DNA of 63,065 nucleotides, counting the filler, from Octopus bimaculoides (lineage: Eukaryota), in the NCBI RefSeq assembly GCF_001194135.2. It is 7 parts of 6 records of this genome, joined end to end, with 100 filler letters (N's around TTAATTAATTAA, not from the genome) between each part and the next. Parts side by side here need not be neighbours in the genome. Positions count along the whole stretch, not along the records: positions 7,861 to 23,514 come from NC_069005.1; positions 23,615 to 41,417 come from NC_068997.1; 5 more parts are not named here. One strand, given 5' to 3'. The position numbers were made by a program, and so were the translations under genes. The notes below the pieces were generated by a model. It worked only from the letters and a program-made list of their open reading frames with translations, made no database searches and had not been told where the DNA came from. Below are positions 22,691 through 36,847 of the stretch, one piece after another (the stretch's first letter is position 1; every line of letters starts with the position of its first letter).

Positions 22691-23684
22691 CCTTTCTGCT
22701 ATAGGCATATGGCCTTAAATGTTCGGAAATAGGGATTGTCAATTATATTGACTTCAGTACTTAACTGGTACTTATTTTATCAACCCCCGAAAGGATGACA
22801 GGCAAAGTCGACCTTGGTGGAATTTTAAGACAGATCGTGAAAACCGACAAAATGCTGCTATGCATTTTGCCTAGCGTGCTAACGATTCTACCAACTCGCC
22901 GCCTTACCAACAACAATGATATTGAAAAGAATATTTAATATACTGACAGAACAACTACTTCGAAGCATAAATTCACAATATCTATGACATTAAATAACCA
23001 TTGAGTCAAATTTTGAAACGAGGAATGTTCAGCAGAACAGCCAAGTATTAGACGAAGACGACAGAAATAGAGGGAAGTAAAAGCCGTGGTGGCGGTGATG
23101 ATAGTGGTGACGGTGGTGAGGACGGTTGCGGTGATAACGGTGATAGCAGTGGAAGCGGTGGGAGAGGGTAGCATTGGGTGGTTTGATGCTGGCGACTCTA
23201 GCGGCAATGATTGATTTTAGTATTGCATGCTTCATTGAAAAATTGTAAAACAAAAGTTTTCGAAATTACTCAAAGAATCAAAAATGGTCAGTTTAAAATC
23301 AATTTCAAAACAGGAAAAGACTTCCAAGACATCTCTAATGAAATACCTTTGATGAGATATTGTTTCATTAAGATGACAATAAATTATCCAGTCTATTAAT
23401 TACACTTCCATGAGTGTGTGTGTGCGTTGGTGCATGTGTGTGAGTGTGCGCGTACATACATATACATACACACACGTATGTATAAGCAATATATATATAT
23501 ATATATATATTTATNNNNNNNNNNNNNNNNNNNNNNNNNNNNNNNNNNNNNNNNNNNNTTAATTAATTAANNNNNNNNNNNNNNNNNNNNNNNNNNNNNN
23601 NNNNNNNNNNNNNNGATCGACTTAATCCCCTCCCTCCAAATTGCTGGCCTTGTGCCTAAATTTGAACCCAGTATCATAGTGTGA

Positions 23685-23950
23685 AGATGTGTGGCTTAGT
23701 GGTTAGAGTGTTGCACTCCTGATTGCTAGATTGTGGGTTCGATTCCCAGACCAAGCGGTATGTTGTATTCTAGAGCAAAACACTTCATTTCCTGTTGCTC
23801 CAGTCCACTCAGCTGTAAAGGGTTAACTCTGCGATGGAATAGTCTTCTGGTCAGGGGCAATGTTGGCCTGCTCGACAGTGGGGTGGCATTGTCTGAAGGG
23901 TAAAACAATGCAAAGCGCATAGTGACCAATGATGTATAACAACATCCAAT
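23685..23950 (+). mobile_element. tRNA-headed CORE/V-type SINE
   Basis: TGTGGCTTAGTGGTTAG..GGGTTCGATTCCC head, GCTCCAGTCCACTCAGCTG core and CTGCGATGGAATAGTCTTCTGGTCAGGG V-domain-like segment. A related minus-strand SINE lies at 24232-24542. Confidence 0.7.
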
Positions 23951-24639
23951 AGTCTGGTCAATACCATGATATTGTGAATATCATAGTATAATATACATTT
24001 GCTATGAATACTGTTGACTGCTGTGTGACAGTTTGAGGTGATGACACACCATCTGCTGCAGGGTGAGGGTGGGGATATGAGTACGAACTCATCCATAGTC
24101 GTTTGATGCTTACAGAACAACATCCTGTTGTACAACTTAATGTAAGAACTGAGCTCTCCATGAGCTTTTCTTGTAATCTTTGTCCTACATTCATGGTAGA
24201 GGGTAAAGACTCCTTTTCAGTCATGAACGAATATGGGATTGCACCTAGAAAGTTACCCTCCCAGGCACAAGTCCAGGCAACGTTGTTTATGGAAGACCAA
24301 CAGGTGCCTGTGCATACCAGCCTCCTCTCTCTACTCCACTGGTGTTGTCCAAGGGAAAGGCAAAGGTCGATACAACTTGGCACCAATGACATCGCAACTC
24401 ATTTCTACAACTGAGTGAACTGAAGCAACGTGAAATAAAGTGTCTTGCTCAAGAACACAACATACAGCCTGGTCTAGGAATTGAACTCACTACTTCATGA
24501 TCATGAGCCTGACAGTCTAGCCACTGAGTCATGTACCTTCACATTCATGATTCGCTTCATTATCACTCTCCTCTACATATTAGCTACATTCTCCACAGTC
24601 AACTGAAATTAAGTAGGTGGAATGTCTACATCCACTAAT

Positions 24640-25630
24640 AGTCCTGCACTTTGCCCTTGTCCTATCAACACCAGCTCCTAATTAAGACCCTAGCAGCTCA
24701 CCCTTATCATCTACTATAACTTCTTCAAACTCTACTCATTTGTCAGCTTCACACTGTTTTGCTGAACTTTGTATAGATTCTCTTGGAAAGTCTTTGAAGT
24801 TAATGATACACTCTGGTCAGATGTTTTGCCAAGCACCACTCATAGCTGAAGGTTTCATTCCACCTCATAACTTTGTTATGTTATCCCCTGCATCCATAAT
24901 GTTGAATTTTTATTTCCAGAAGTCTCTAATTATAGGTTTAGCGTTTTCATCAATTTTATGAATTGATTCAAAGTTCTCTGATAATATGCCTTCAAGTTAG
25001 CCAATACATCCATGCTGAAGCAAAGAGTTGTGTTCTTGAAGATATATTAAACTCTTTTATTATCAGAAATATCATTTAAGTTCACTGGGTAGCTGAGGAC
25101 AATGTCAGAATGAAGCAACACTTTGTTGAAAATAATATACCAGATACTATATCTTTCTATATCATGGCTAAAAGCCTTAATAATGTATAATGAAAAAGAT
25201 TCATGGTCATCTAAGTCTTCTTATATAGTCCCAGAAAAACCTTTATTGAATAGGGGCTTTAATTTCATATCACCAATAGCATTTCCTCACACAGGAAGTA
25301 TTGGGAAATTTTTGGAAGCTTTGAAGCTTAGTGCTAATTTTTCTTCATTAGAAATAAAAGATTTAGTAGGCATGCACTACTAGAAAAAACCCACTTTCAT
25401 AAAATTTTGCACATGTATGGTCTTCTTCAGCAATAATTTTCTTCGGTTCTTCAGAATTACTTGCAGCTTGTGTTAACATAGCAACTTCATTAGTCATTTT
25501 AATGTGAGGCAAAATAAAGTGTGTCTCTCTTAAACCTTTCAAACCAGCCTCTTGGTAAAGATCTTCACCTCATAAGTTGCTTCTTCTATTCAAGCACTGT
25601 GCTGTTTTAAGTATAACTTGAGATCTATGG
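24640..25630 (-). pseudogene. Tigger/pogo-family transposase relic
   Basis: Frameshifted translation gives KKIIAEED..YESGFF..MPTKSFISNEEKLALSFKASK..GNAIGDMKLKPL..KVLLHSDIVLSYP..NTTLC.SMD.LANLKAYYQRT, which matches pogo/Tigger DDE_1 motifs. Confidence 0.7.
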
Positions 25631-26531
25631 ATAAAAAAAAAAAAGAAAAAAAAAACAATTCCTAGGTATTTAGTAGAATAGCTGTTTGAGCACTTGACCT
25701 ACTTTTATATTTATTGATTCCAGGTATTGATTCCATGATAGTTATTGCAAGTTTTATTGTATTTGTAATATGGCTGAGTTATTCTCCCACATCAAACTTT
25801 TGCTAAACATTAAGTAAAATTTACAACATAGGTGTGGTAAGAAGCTTGTTTCCCAACCGTGTAGTTCTGGGTTCAGTCTCACTAAGTGGCACCTTGGGCA
25901 AATGTTGTTTACCATAGCCTTGGGCCGACCAAAGCCTTGTGAGTGGATTTGGTAGAGGGAAACTGAAAGAAGCCTGTCATATACATGTGCTTGTGTCTGT
26001 TTCTGTATTTCACCACAGCTTGTCAACTGGTGTTGGTGTGTTTTTGTCCCCATAAACTTNNNNNNNNNNCCCCCCCCCCCCCCAAAAAAAAACGATAGAA
26101 TAAGTACCAGACTTTACAAAAAGTAAAAATGTATTAGGGTTGATTCAATCAACTAAAATTCTTCAAGGTGATGCCCCAGCATGGCTGCAGTCTACTGAGT
26201 GGAACAAGTGAAAGATAAAAGATAAAAGGTTTCTTTTATGACTCCTTTTCATGCTAGTTCCACTTGACAGCCCCTTTCCCCATAATCCTGAATAAAATCA
26301 ATGAACTATATTGCGCAGATTTGTAGTTAAATCCAACAGCAGCTGTAGTAGATGATGAGAAATCCACATTGTAGAGAAAAACTGCCGAATCCTAAGAAAG
26401 TAACATTCTGCATCATCAGTGGTGGGTTTATTAATTTGGGCATAAAAATGGAAATAAGAAAAATGTAAGAGATGGAGGAAGTGTGTTAATATTTATGGTA
26501 GTTGTACAATGAGTGGGGAAATGCTGTATGA

Positions 26532-26760
26532 TTAACTATTTAGCATTCACATTATTCTATCAAATATAATGCTTGTTTATTTACATTCCTTTGAATTAAT
26601 CATGCATTATCTTGTAGCTTCAAGATTTCAATGGTGCATTTGTATATTTTTAGAAATTACCTTGTAAGGTAGGTGTGAGAGGTTGGATGTGGTCAGTTTT
26701 AGCATAAAACAGGTAGAATATTTGGGCTGGATGTGGCCAGATTAAACACTAAAGGGTTAA
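26532..26760 (+). mobile_element. TTAA-flanked MITE (piggyBac-like ends)
   Basis: Degenerate left end TTAACTATTTAGCATT and intact right end CACTAAAGGG-TTAA. Confidence 0.55.
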
Positions 26761-26936
26761 AGTTTCTGGCAAGACCCAGGTCAGATGAATTGGTGCATTC
26801 ACTAACAAGATATAGAGTGGCAGAGAAGGGCATGAATAGGGGTTAGCAAAAATGTTGAGAGCAATGAAAAGTAAGATGGGGTGAAGATGAAGGAACAGGT
26901 AGGTGTTGGTAAGACTGCTGATAGCAATGAAAGACA

Positions 26937-26978
<42 letters not shown>

Positions 26979-27470
26979 CTTGTCAAGTAAAATGTACATT
27001 TGAAGAATTGAGCTGGTATGCTGTTGTCATTAAAGATGTATGAAGATTGAAGACAGAAAAATTATGAAGAGCAGCCATATATATTAAATAATTTTGACCC
27101 GCCAGCTGGGGACCCTGTTGATTTTATTCTGGTTGACCCCCATAGGCATTCAATGTTTAAAAACTAGTTTTCAAAATTCCTATTTTGTTTTTCACACATT
27201 AACTTGTTTAAGTTGAACTATGTAAAATGTTAGAGAAAGAAACCTAGCTGTTTCTTGCAAGTGTCTTAAATTATAAGGCACAAAAAGAAAATGACTCCCC
27301 CAGACACAACAGAATATGCTTCAACACACAAACTCACATAAAGAATCTTGCAAACCAAATCCAAAAACGAAAAATGATAATAATAATAATGATGATGATG
27401 GTTTCTTTTATTGACCACAAGGCATGGAGTACAATATCAAAGGATGAGTTACAGCACAAAAAACAAAATG

Positions 27471-27520
<50 letters not shown>

Positions 27521-28189
27521 CACCATCATCAAAAAGGTTCTTGACATCTAAGGTTGCTTGTTGTAACCTGATGGTAGGAGTTTTTTTTCCAACAGTCTAA
27601 TTTGTTGTGTGTATATGAAATAATAATAATGATAATGATGATGATGGTCACTCCCATTGATTTATTGATTTTGAGGTATGAGTGTTTGAAGGAAAGGATT
27701 TTAAAAATATAAAAGAAAAACAGGATTAAAAATAAAAGAAGCTGCATTTATTTGCGATGGATATGTGAATGTAATTTGAGTCCCAGGGTATGGATTTTGT
27801 TACGAAGTCACAATAGGGACAATGATGATTTTGATTTTGCCTCAAATTGGACAAATGTGTATGTTGATTGCAGGATATAATTCTTATATTGTGTCTGTTG
27901 ATTCAACTCAAATTGTTTAGATGCATCAAGACACATTTCATGCCATACAGACTGATCTAGGCAATAACTTTCCCAAGATGTTAAATTAATCCTTTCTGTT
28001 ATAAGCACAGGACCTGAAATTTTGGTGTATTTTATTGATCCCGGTACTCAACAGGTTCTTATTTTAACGACCCGGAAAGGGTGGAAGGCAAAGTCCACCT
28101 TGGTGGAATTTGAATTCAGAACGTAATGACAGATAAAATGCTGCTAAGCAATTTGCCTGGCATGCTAATGATTCTGCCAACTCACTGCC

Positions 28190-28256
<67 letters not shown>

Positions 28257-28406
28257 TGATTGATGAATACGGTTTTTAATTTAGGTACAAGACAAGCAAT
28301 TTTGAAGGGAGAGGCTGAACAGTATCATCAACCCCAGTATTTGACTGGTACTTTATTTAATTGACGTTGGCAAGATTTGAAGTCAGAGTGTAAAGGGTCG
28401 TAACAC

Positions 28407-28443
<37 letters not shown>

Positions 28444-28834
28444 GTTCACTATGAAAATGTGTCAGTATTATGGATTCCACTCAGAAATAAAAATAGTTGT
28501 AGTACAAACTATAAATAGTAAAAATTTGTAGAAAGTAATCATGTGACCTCTCTGGAACATAATTCTTACTGTCAAAGAGAGAAAGACAAATCAAACTGGA
28601 TGTTATTTTTAAAGAACAACAGCTTGGAAAAGGTAAAAAAAAATGTCCCTTAATAAAGACATCGTTTTCAGTAGATGTCATTAAAGAATTGGAAATGGAG
28701 ATGTCCACAATATGGTGATTGAAAGCATAATTAATTCCTATAATAACTGGTCTGATTAGAATTGTTAATAAGAATGAAGAGAGAGACATATAACCAAAGA
28801 TCACAAAACAAGACTGTGTGCATATATTTATGTA

Positions 28835-28879
<45 letters not shown>

Positions 28880-29599
28880 ATATATATACACACACACACA
28901 TATATACACACACACATGCACATATAATACATGAATCAAAATGTTACTTATTTTTGTGTCTGTGCATACATGTGTGTGTTTGCTTCTGAGTGTATATTCA
29001 TACACACACACAAACACATAGACACTCATACATTATTGTTAAAAACTTGATTGGAAATTCATATGAACTGTTAACTACCAAATGGCAGCCAAACTTGTTA
29101 ATACAAATTGTTGTTAAAATATATGATCTGTTATGGAAATATCTGAAGTCAACTATTACCTCAGCAAAAAAAAAAAAAAAAGAAAAGCAAAACTAATTTT
29201 CTTCTTTTTTTTCTCTCTTTCCTCTCCTTTTCTTTTTCTTAATTCCTGTTTAATGATTAATAAATAGTATGATGTTGAGATTCTATCATAACTAACAGGA
29301 ATATAGACACTGAGTGGTAAATATTGTATATTATCTCTGAACTGAGCAAGTGTCAATGATGGCCAACCTTAAGTTACTTGATGAGCCATGGCCCTGAGAG
29401 AAATTTTGCATGGTGAAACTATATACCTCTCAAGTTCCTTTTCCTGCTCTCAAAAAAAGGATGCAAGGGTTTTCTTTTTCATGGCCTCTATTTGGCTCTA
29501 CAGGAAAGCCCCAGACCAATGCATCAACTGAAGTCTACTCTTAGAGGCCTTACTGATAAGTGGGCATCTATCATTGCTAGGGGAATATGTGTATTAATG

Positions 29600-30460
29600 T
29601 GTTAGCTGAACTGGATTTATTAAGCATTGATGTTGTATGAAGATGAACACGTTATCATCTGAATAAATGTTTCATTTATATGTTTACACAACAAGAGACC
29701 TTATGTGGACCTGTTGAAGGAATAGAATGAACATGTTGGGGGTAGACATGCCTATATCTGCTCCCTAAACATTGTATTATTGCTGAAATACATGACACCT
29801 GAATTGCATGCTTGAGTTGCAGCTGCTGGCACAGTAATGCACCAGCTTTAACATTTGACCCTCAGAAGAGGAAAGGTCAGTTAAAAAAAAAAAAAAACCA
29901 AACTTATTGTCTTCATTTTGGTTTTTGTGCTTATCCTCACCAATGGTCATGAATGTCGAGGAATGACCGAAAGCCTATAATCGCAAATACAAGCAGCCAA
30001 ACTGGGGTTCCTCTGAAGGCTCTTAGAATCACCATTACTCAACAGTGTACAGCTCAGAGATAAGGAATGCTCTCCAGATCAAGCAGATACTCTCCTGCAT
30101 TGAGAAGTCACAGCTCTGCATCTATGGATGTTATTAAACATACTTTTATCTGCTTGCTGAACATGTGCTCTCCGGCATTGAGGGGTCACAGCCCTGCTGT
30201 TAAAGACACGTGATTAGAATGTCACAGGGAAGGATTGCAAGACAAATTCTTCAAGCTGAGCCAACTGGCAGAAAATGTAAGGGTTGATCAAGACTAAGAT
30301 GGTTTGCTTTCATCCATAGTCTCAGTTGGTCACACTTGGAAATCCAGTCAGAATGTGTAATGATAGTTGCTTCTGATTGGACTGTATGAAGGAGGTGTCT
30401 GAGGATTCTACTCCCACTATCCTCCCAGGAATACTGGGCAGAGGAACCAGATGAATGGAT
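29600..30460 (+). mobile_element. RTE-clade LINE (Rex3/Expander-like), RT C-terminal half and 3' end
   Basis: LMLYEDEHVII (YADD relic), AAAGTVMHQL, MTESL.SQIQAAKLGFL..SSEIRNALQIKQILSCIEKSQL and RMSQGRIARQILQAEPTGRK..RLRW. Many stops. Confidence 0.8.
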
Positions 30461-30962
30461 ACGTACATATCTTAAAAGTGAACTCAGTGAACCTATATCA
30501 CTGATAGGTAAATATGTCATTTGTAAGGTGAATGTATATATCATTGTTGAGGAAACATGTGTCCAGTTATAAAAGGATACATGCCATTTCATGTAAACAC
30601 GTATCACATGCTAACTATATCATTATATTACTATCATGCTAACCATATAGAAAATTTCTTGTAATAATGATTGTTATTAATTTGAAAAAAAAAATGAAAG
30701 ACTCTGAAGCAAAACAATGGTTGATTTTCATTAGATAAATCTCCATGATTCTACAAGATTAGATAAGTCAACAGAATAAAGATTAATGCATAATAGCACC
30801 ATGATTAATCTTTATCTTTGATACACCTTACTGGAATGCTTATGATTGTAAATGAAATTAAAATAGCAAAAAAAAAAAAAAAATGAAAATAAAAAAATAA
30901 AAATTGTAATTATGGAACAAATGCTGGATGTTAATACAGTGTTTTGTTTTCGATATTTTCAG

Positions 30963-31000
30963 CACTGCAAGAGAACGGACAAAACTGTAGCCTTATATAG
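30963..31000 (+). other. Candidate terminal coding exon ending in a CaaX motif (ALQENGQNCSLI*)
   Basis: A strong acceptor GTTTTGTTTTCGATATTTTCAG is followed by a short open frame ending CSLI-TAG and then an AT-rich tract. No upstream exons were found. Confidence 0.25.
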
Positions 31001-32020
31001 TCAAAACAAAAGACAAAAAAAAATGGTTAAAAAAATTTAAGAATATGTATTTATGCATAAATCTATAGATATCTATGTGTATATGTATGTGTGTGTATGT
31101 ATGTGTGTGTGTATATATATATGTATGTATATACTCACACATACATATATGCATATATATATACATATAAATGCATATAAATATACATATACACATACAA
31201 AATACAAAGATACATGCATATATACATATGTATATACACACATGCACACATATATATAATACAAAGATATATATGTATATATGTGAGGTATATACATTAT
31301 ATACATTACATAGATATATTTGTTTGTGTGTGTGTACATACATACATACATAAACACACACACACACATATGCAAGCTAAAGAGACAATAAAAATCTTTG
31401 AAATTTAATCCCATAATTGTCACCAATTGTTCCATGTCATGTTATTATAGAGAAAGATATTGCTGTCTTTTCTTTCTCATGTAATTTGGCTCTTAGAAAA
31501 TTGCACAAATAATATTCCTTATATCAAAGAATAAGAGCTATACTTCATAATATTTTCAACATTTTATTTCCGTTTTTGTTAATTTAGTTGAACAATAATA
31601 TAATATAACAATGTTTGAAAATATATAAATATTAAAAAAAAAATTCCGTCAAGCAACACAAAAAAAAAAATTAAATAAATGTAAAAATAAAAAAAAAGTT
31701 CTGGAATTAAATCTATCTGTTGTAGTGAAATGGTGACCACAAAACTTTGCCAGTAGCTAGTTTACTAATATGTAGCCGACCTGAAGATATTTAGAAGTCC
31801 GTGTAACCTCTCACAGTTCAACTTGTGAGGACTTGCTTAGACGTTGAGAATTTTTCCACAAGCTCACTTATTTTGATTGTTCAAAAGAGAATTTACAATG
31901 TATATTAATGTACATAATTCTGTCATTATGTTGTTCTGTTGAAATATAAATATTAAAAACTGTATTTTCTTCTATCTATTTTGTCTGGTTTTCAGTTTTT
32001 AAAAAAATATTTAATATGTA

Positions 32021-32074
<54 letters not shown>

Positions 32075-32409
32075 TGCAGGTGTGGATGTGTCATTAAGAA
32101 AGCTTGCTTCTCAACCGTGTGGTCTCAGATTTGGTCCCATTGCATGGCACTTTGGACAAGTGCCTTGTATTCTAACCCCAGGCTGATCAAAGTCTTTTGA
32201 GTGAATTTGGTAGAGAGAAACTGAAAGAAGCCTATAGTATATGTGTGTATGTATGTATATTTACAACCCTGGCTGACCAAGGCCTTTCCTCTCCAGTTGT
32301 AGAAAAGTTATGTACCACCAAGTTTGAAGAATCACCTGTATCGCTAAGAACTTTATAAGTGTTAAACCAATGGTCACTCCTTGACCAGCTATAATCAATA
32401 ACCTTTTAA

Positions 32410-32447
<38 letters not shown>

Positions 32448-33906
32448 TATTATATATATATATATATATATATATTATTATTTATTTATTTGATTATTTT
32501 TTGATTGATTTGATTATTTATTTATCATTTATTATTTTATTGATTATTTTTTATTAAATCTTTTAAAAAATTTAAATTTAAAAAAACGGCAGGAACNNNN
32601 NNNNNNGTTTCACCAGTCCTCAGTCAAATCGTCCAACCCATGCTAGCATGGAAAGCGGACGTTAAACGATGATGATGATGATATATATACAATGGGCATC
32701 TTTCAGTTTCTGCCAACCATATCCCTTCACAAGGCATTGGTCAGCTCAAGGCTACAGCAGAAGACACTTACCCAAGGAGCCATACAGTGGTACTGAACCC
32801 AGAATCATGCGGTTGGGAAGTAAATTTCTTACCACACAGCCATAAGCATGCATTCAGATATACATATTTAAATAAATGGATGTCTTTGATTCCAAGGATG
32901 AGAATCCCAGTCGTTTGATCAATTAGACTACCCACTCATAGAATTGTAGTTTGGCAAAAGCAATCAATAAAATAAATTCCAAGCTTTTTGGGGGTTTTTT
33001 CCAAATTAGTACTGAGGTCAGATTGTTTGACTAAATCCTTCAAGATTATATGTCCAGCACGGCCACAGTCAAATGACTAAAACAAGCAAACGATAAAAAG
33101 ATATGCTTATTCGTGTGTATATGTTTGTATATACGTATGTGTGTGTGTGTCTATATGTAGAGAGAATATTTACCTCAACACATGTATATATAAAAGTTAA
33201 ATCAATCAATATAGCTGTTGATAACAAGTAAACTAGATTAGTGTGTAAATGGAGGTGGAAAAACATGATGGCAGAGAGAAGGGGAGGAAAGGGTATGAAG
33301 AGATGCAAGAGGGGAGTAGTATTAGGTGGTGTAATGATAAACTACAACACGCTAAACCTGACTTCAATAGTCATCATCGGGATACATTAGAAGTATTTAC
33401 AGCCCTGTTTATTACATATGCATAATTGTGTATATTGATTGACTAAAATTTGTGTGTGTATGTGTGTGTGTGTGTGTGGATGAATGGTATCTAATGACAT
33501 GGTGACAGTTTGTTTGAGTTAATATTGATTTTTTTTTTTTAACAGAGGCATAAGGCCGTATACATTTGAGAGAAGGAAAACAGTCGATTATTTTCTACGT
33601 CACTACCCTTTGACTGTCACTTATTTTATCGATCCTCAATTCTGAATTGATGAAAGGTATCGAAAGACGAACGTCGAACTTAGAAACCTGAAGGGATGAA
33701 GTATTAATAAAAAAATACGATGCAATAATATATACACCAAAGTTTTGTTTGACGCTTTCTAGATCCTACTAACAACCGTTCTAAGTTTCTATCCAAAGAT
33801 TCATTAAGCGTCAGACAAAATACCTTGTGGTGTTTAATTTAAGCTCTATATGTTTGGATTTTTAATCCAGTCAGGCTGAGTTTTGCCTTTAATTGATAAA
33901 ATAAAG

Positions 33907-33991
33907 CAGCAGCCCCAAACCGTTTTTGTGCCACAGACTGGTTTCATGTAAGACAATTTTCCCGGTGCATAATTTAATTATTCTTTCCTAC
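33907..33991 (+). mobile_element. hAT/Charlie-like terminal sequence
   Basis: CAGCAGCCCCAAACCGTTTTTGTGCCACAGACTGGTTTCATGTAAGACAATTTTCC resembles Charlie-type ends as I recall them (CAGCGGTCCCCAACCTTTTTGGCACCAGGGACCGGTTTCGTGGAAGACAATTTTTCC). Confidence 0.55.
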
Positions 33992-33994
33992 ACC

Positions 33995-35038
33995 ATGACG
34001 CAATTCACTCTGTCAGAAATTAGGAAACGACGTGCTGTATGGCTTGGCATTTGCACCAGAAGCTCCAATACGAACATTTCAGAGTGTTTGAGTGTCAATC
34101 TAAGGACAGTGCAGAGGATTCGGAAAGAGTTGGATGAGTCTAATGGAAAGTACAGCAGCTTGGAAGACTCACTCTGACCGTTCTGATATAAGAAAAATAC
34201 TCCTGCATTTGTTGGTGAGATCTAGGCCATGATTGACAATGATCCCTCCAAGTCAATCAGGTCCATTGCCAGGGACATGGGAGTGTCTGAGTTTGTTATC
34301 AGGCAGTTAGTGCATGAAGACATTCAGTATTCCTCATACAAGATGAGAAAGGGCCAATTTTTATCCCAAGCCATCAAGGACAAGAGGAAAGACCGCGCTA
34401 CAAAGCTTTTGAACAAACTCAAGCATTCCCTTCAGCCGAACATGCTTTGGTTTTTCTCAGACAAGAAAGATTTCTGCCAGGGTCAGATGTTGAGCACACA
34501 GAACAACCATTGGCATGCCATGGCCCCAAAACATGTACTGAGAGGGATAAAAATCAAACATCCAGTCAACATCATGGTATTTGCAGTGATCACTGCTGAT
34601 GGCGACGTTATGCCTCCATTCATCTTCCCACACAATCTCAGACTCAACACCGAGGCCTACATCAAGTGCCTGGAGGAGGTAGTGCTGCCCTGGGTCAAGA
34701 GGGTGGCTGTTGGAAGACCCTACCTCTGGCAACAGGACTCTGCACCATGCCACACAAGCAGGAGAATCCAGTCGTGACTATCAGACAATTTCTGAGACCA
34801 CATCACCCCCAACATCTGGCCACCTAACTCCCCAGACTGCATACCTCATGATTATTATGTGTGGGACGCAGCTGAGCAAGAGACCAACAAAACTCCTTGT
34901 AACACCAAAGATGAACTGAAGGCAAGGATTATGGCAGCATTCACCAACTTAAACAAGGAGACCATCCAGGAGAGTTGCAGGAGATTCCAAAGTTGTCTGG
35001 AGGCTGTGGTTGAAGCCAATGGCGATTTTATTGAATAA
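33995..35038 (+). pseudogene. maT (DD37D) Tc1/mariner transposase pseudogene
   Basis: MTQFTLSE..WFFSDKK..WQQDSAPCHTS..WPPNSPDCIPHDYYVW..ANGDFIE*. There are 37 residues between the 2nd and 3rd Asp, two in-frame TGA stops and a frameshift near 34180. Confidence 0.9.
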
Positions 35039-35133
35039 ATTTACTCTTTAAGTATTTCAAGATAATTTTATGTAATTTTGGTAAATATATCTGTTAACAT
35101 GAGATGGTGAGATGTCAGTGTTATTTTCATTAT

Positions 35134-35164
<31 letters not shown>

Positions 35165-36797
35165 CATAATCTTTTACTTCTTTCAGTTGTTCGGTTGTGG
35201 TCAAGCTGGGGCACAGCCTTGAAGGGTTTTAGACGAACGAATGGACCCCAGTACTTATTGGTATTCTATCAATCTGTTTTACTGAACTACTAAGTTACGG
35301 GGATGTAAACAAACTATCACTGGTTGTCAAGCGATGGGGGTATTTCTTTTTTATTATTAGCATGTCCGTCGTAGTTGACAATGACCAGGATATGACACGG
35401 GAGAAGACGGGTCTCGGTGTGTCCGGCTGTAGCCGATCAGGCCCATGCCTGCTTGGGAGGCTCTGTTACAGGTTGAGCACTAATGTGGGTATAGACAGAA
35501 ACACACACACACACACACACATATGACAGGCTTCCACACAAATTGCTGTCTACCAAACCCCTGAACACGGCTTTGGTCGGCCCAAGGCTAAAGTAGGAAA
35601 CACTTGCCTAATGTGCTATGCAGTTGGACTGAACTTAAAACCATGTGATTGGGAAGCAAACCTTACTATACAGCCAATGCCTAAAGAAGCATGTCAGCAA
35701 ACTAGCTAACTATAAAGAGTGGAATTCTATTTTAAGCATTCCATAGTACCCCTCATAACATTTTTTATTTTTATTTTGAGGAATTTTCAGAAAAGTTTTG
35801 CGTATTTGTGTTCTACACATAGGAATTCATACGGGCCGACCAAAGCCTTGTGAGTGGATTTCGTAGACAGAAACTAAAAGAAGCCCGGACCTTGTGAATT
35901 TTCCAAGGTACTCTCCCCACCCCCTTGGAAAAGATTTTCCCCACAAATTTCTTTATAATCGTAATGTATGCCGTTTGAAAGGTATTTATATAAAATTTCA
36001 TTGAAAAAACCCCATTTTCCTAAAAGTTATGAGAGAAAAACTCAGATCTTGTGAATTTTCCGAGGTCCTCTCCCCACCCTCCCGTTGCTTTGGGCGCATA
36101 TTTTTTTTTATATTCGTTTCCTACACATTTTTTTTACACCCGTTGTACTATTTTTTTTCTTCTGATTTTCGTTTCCGGGTCAAATTGTAAACATTAACCA
36201 AATTTCTTTTTTAATTAAAACTTTTTTTCTTTTTAAATCAGAATTTAAAATATGGATAGTCTGAATTTTGGGCTTAAATCCCAGCAATAGACCATTCAAT
36301 GTGTTTATGGGAAGGAAGATATTGAAAAATATCAATGCATGTCAGAGTGACAAAGAAACGACGAGGGTATCAGGTGGTCGTGAGACGTGCTAAAAATAAC
36401 AGTCAAATAGCCCTTAAAATTACACACAAAATCACTTCATTATTTTTTTTTTTTGCATAATAGTATGAATTCCAGTGTATAGATCACAAGTCCGAAAAAA
36501 ATTTTGAAAATTCAAAAAAAAAAATTACGAGGGATTATATAGGGTACTTAAACCAAAATTCCGCCCAGTAAAGACCCAAAATTCAGAGTTTCTCTCATAA
36601 CAGCTACGTAACACCGAGTATTGCCCTGGCTGATCGACTTTGACATTTATCAATCCATCACATCTGGATCAATGAAAATTAAGATGCAGTCATGTACTAG
36701 AATCGATTGGTATCCATTATCATCTCTTTCCCTACAAATCCATGGCTTTGTATCCGTATACGTTAAAAAAAGAAAATTACGTTACTATTTGTTTATC

Positions 36798-36811
36798 GTT
36801 ACCATAACGAC
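36798..36811 (+). promoter_or_regulatory. X-box (RFX)-like motif
   Basis: GTTACCATAACGAC lies 14 bp upstream of the ATG at 36826 and has one good RFX half-site (consensus GTTNCCATGGNAAC). Confidence 0.4.
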
Positions 36812-36825
36812 CAGCTGGCGCACTC

Positions 36826-36847
36826 ATGGCGAAATTTGTGATCGCAG
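36826..36847 (+). CDS. MDH1B: First coding exon of putative malate dehydrogenase 1B
   Basis: ATG GCG AAA TTT GTG ATC GCA G|GTAAAA gives MAKFVIA(G), identical to the vertebrate MDH1B N-terminus MAKFVIAG as I recall it, with a good donor and non-repetitive context. I could not find downstream exons. Confidence 0.6.

Noticed and set aside
30251-30607. 118-aa minus-strand ORF sharing MKANHLS with the ORF at 6252-6479
   Set aside because: It is the antisense read of the RTE LINE. The 19-bp match with 6400 is not supported by flanking similarity.
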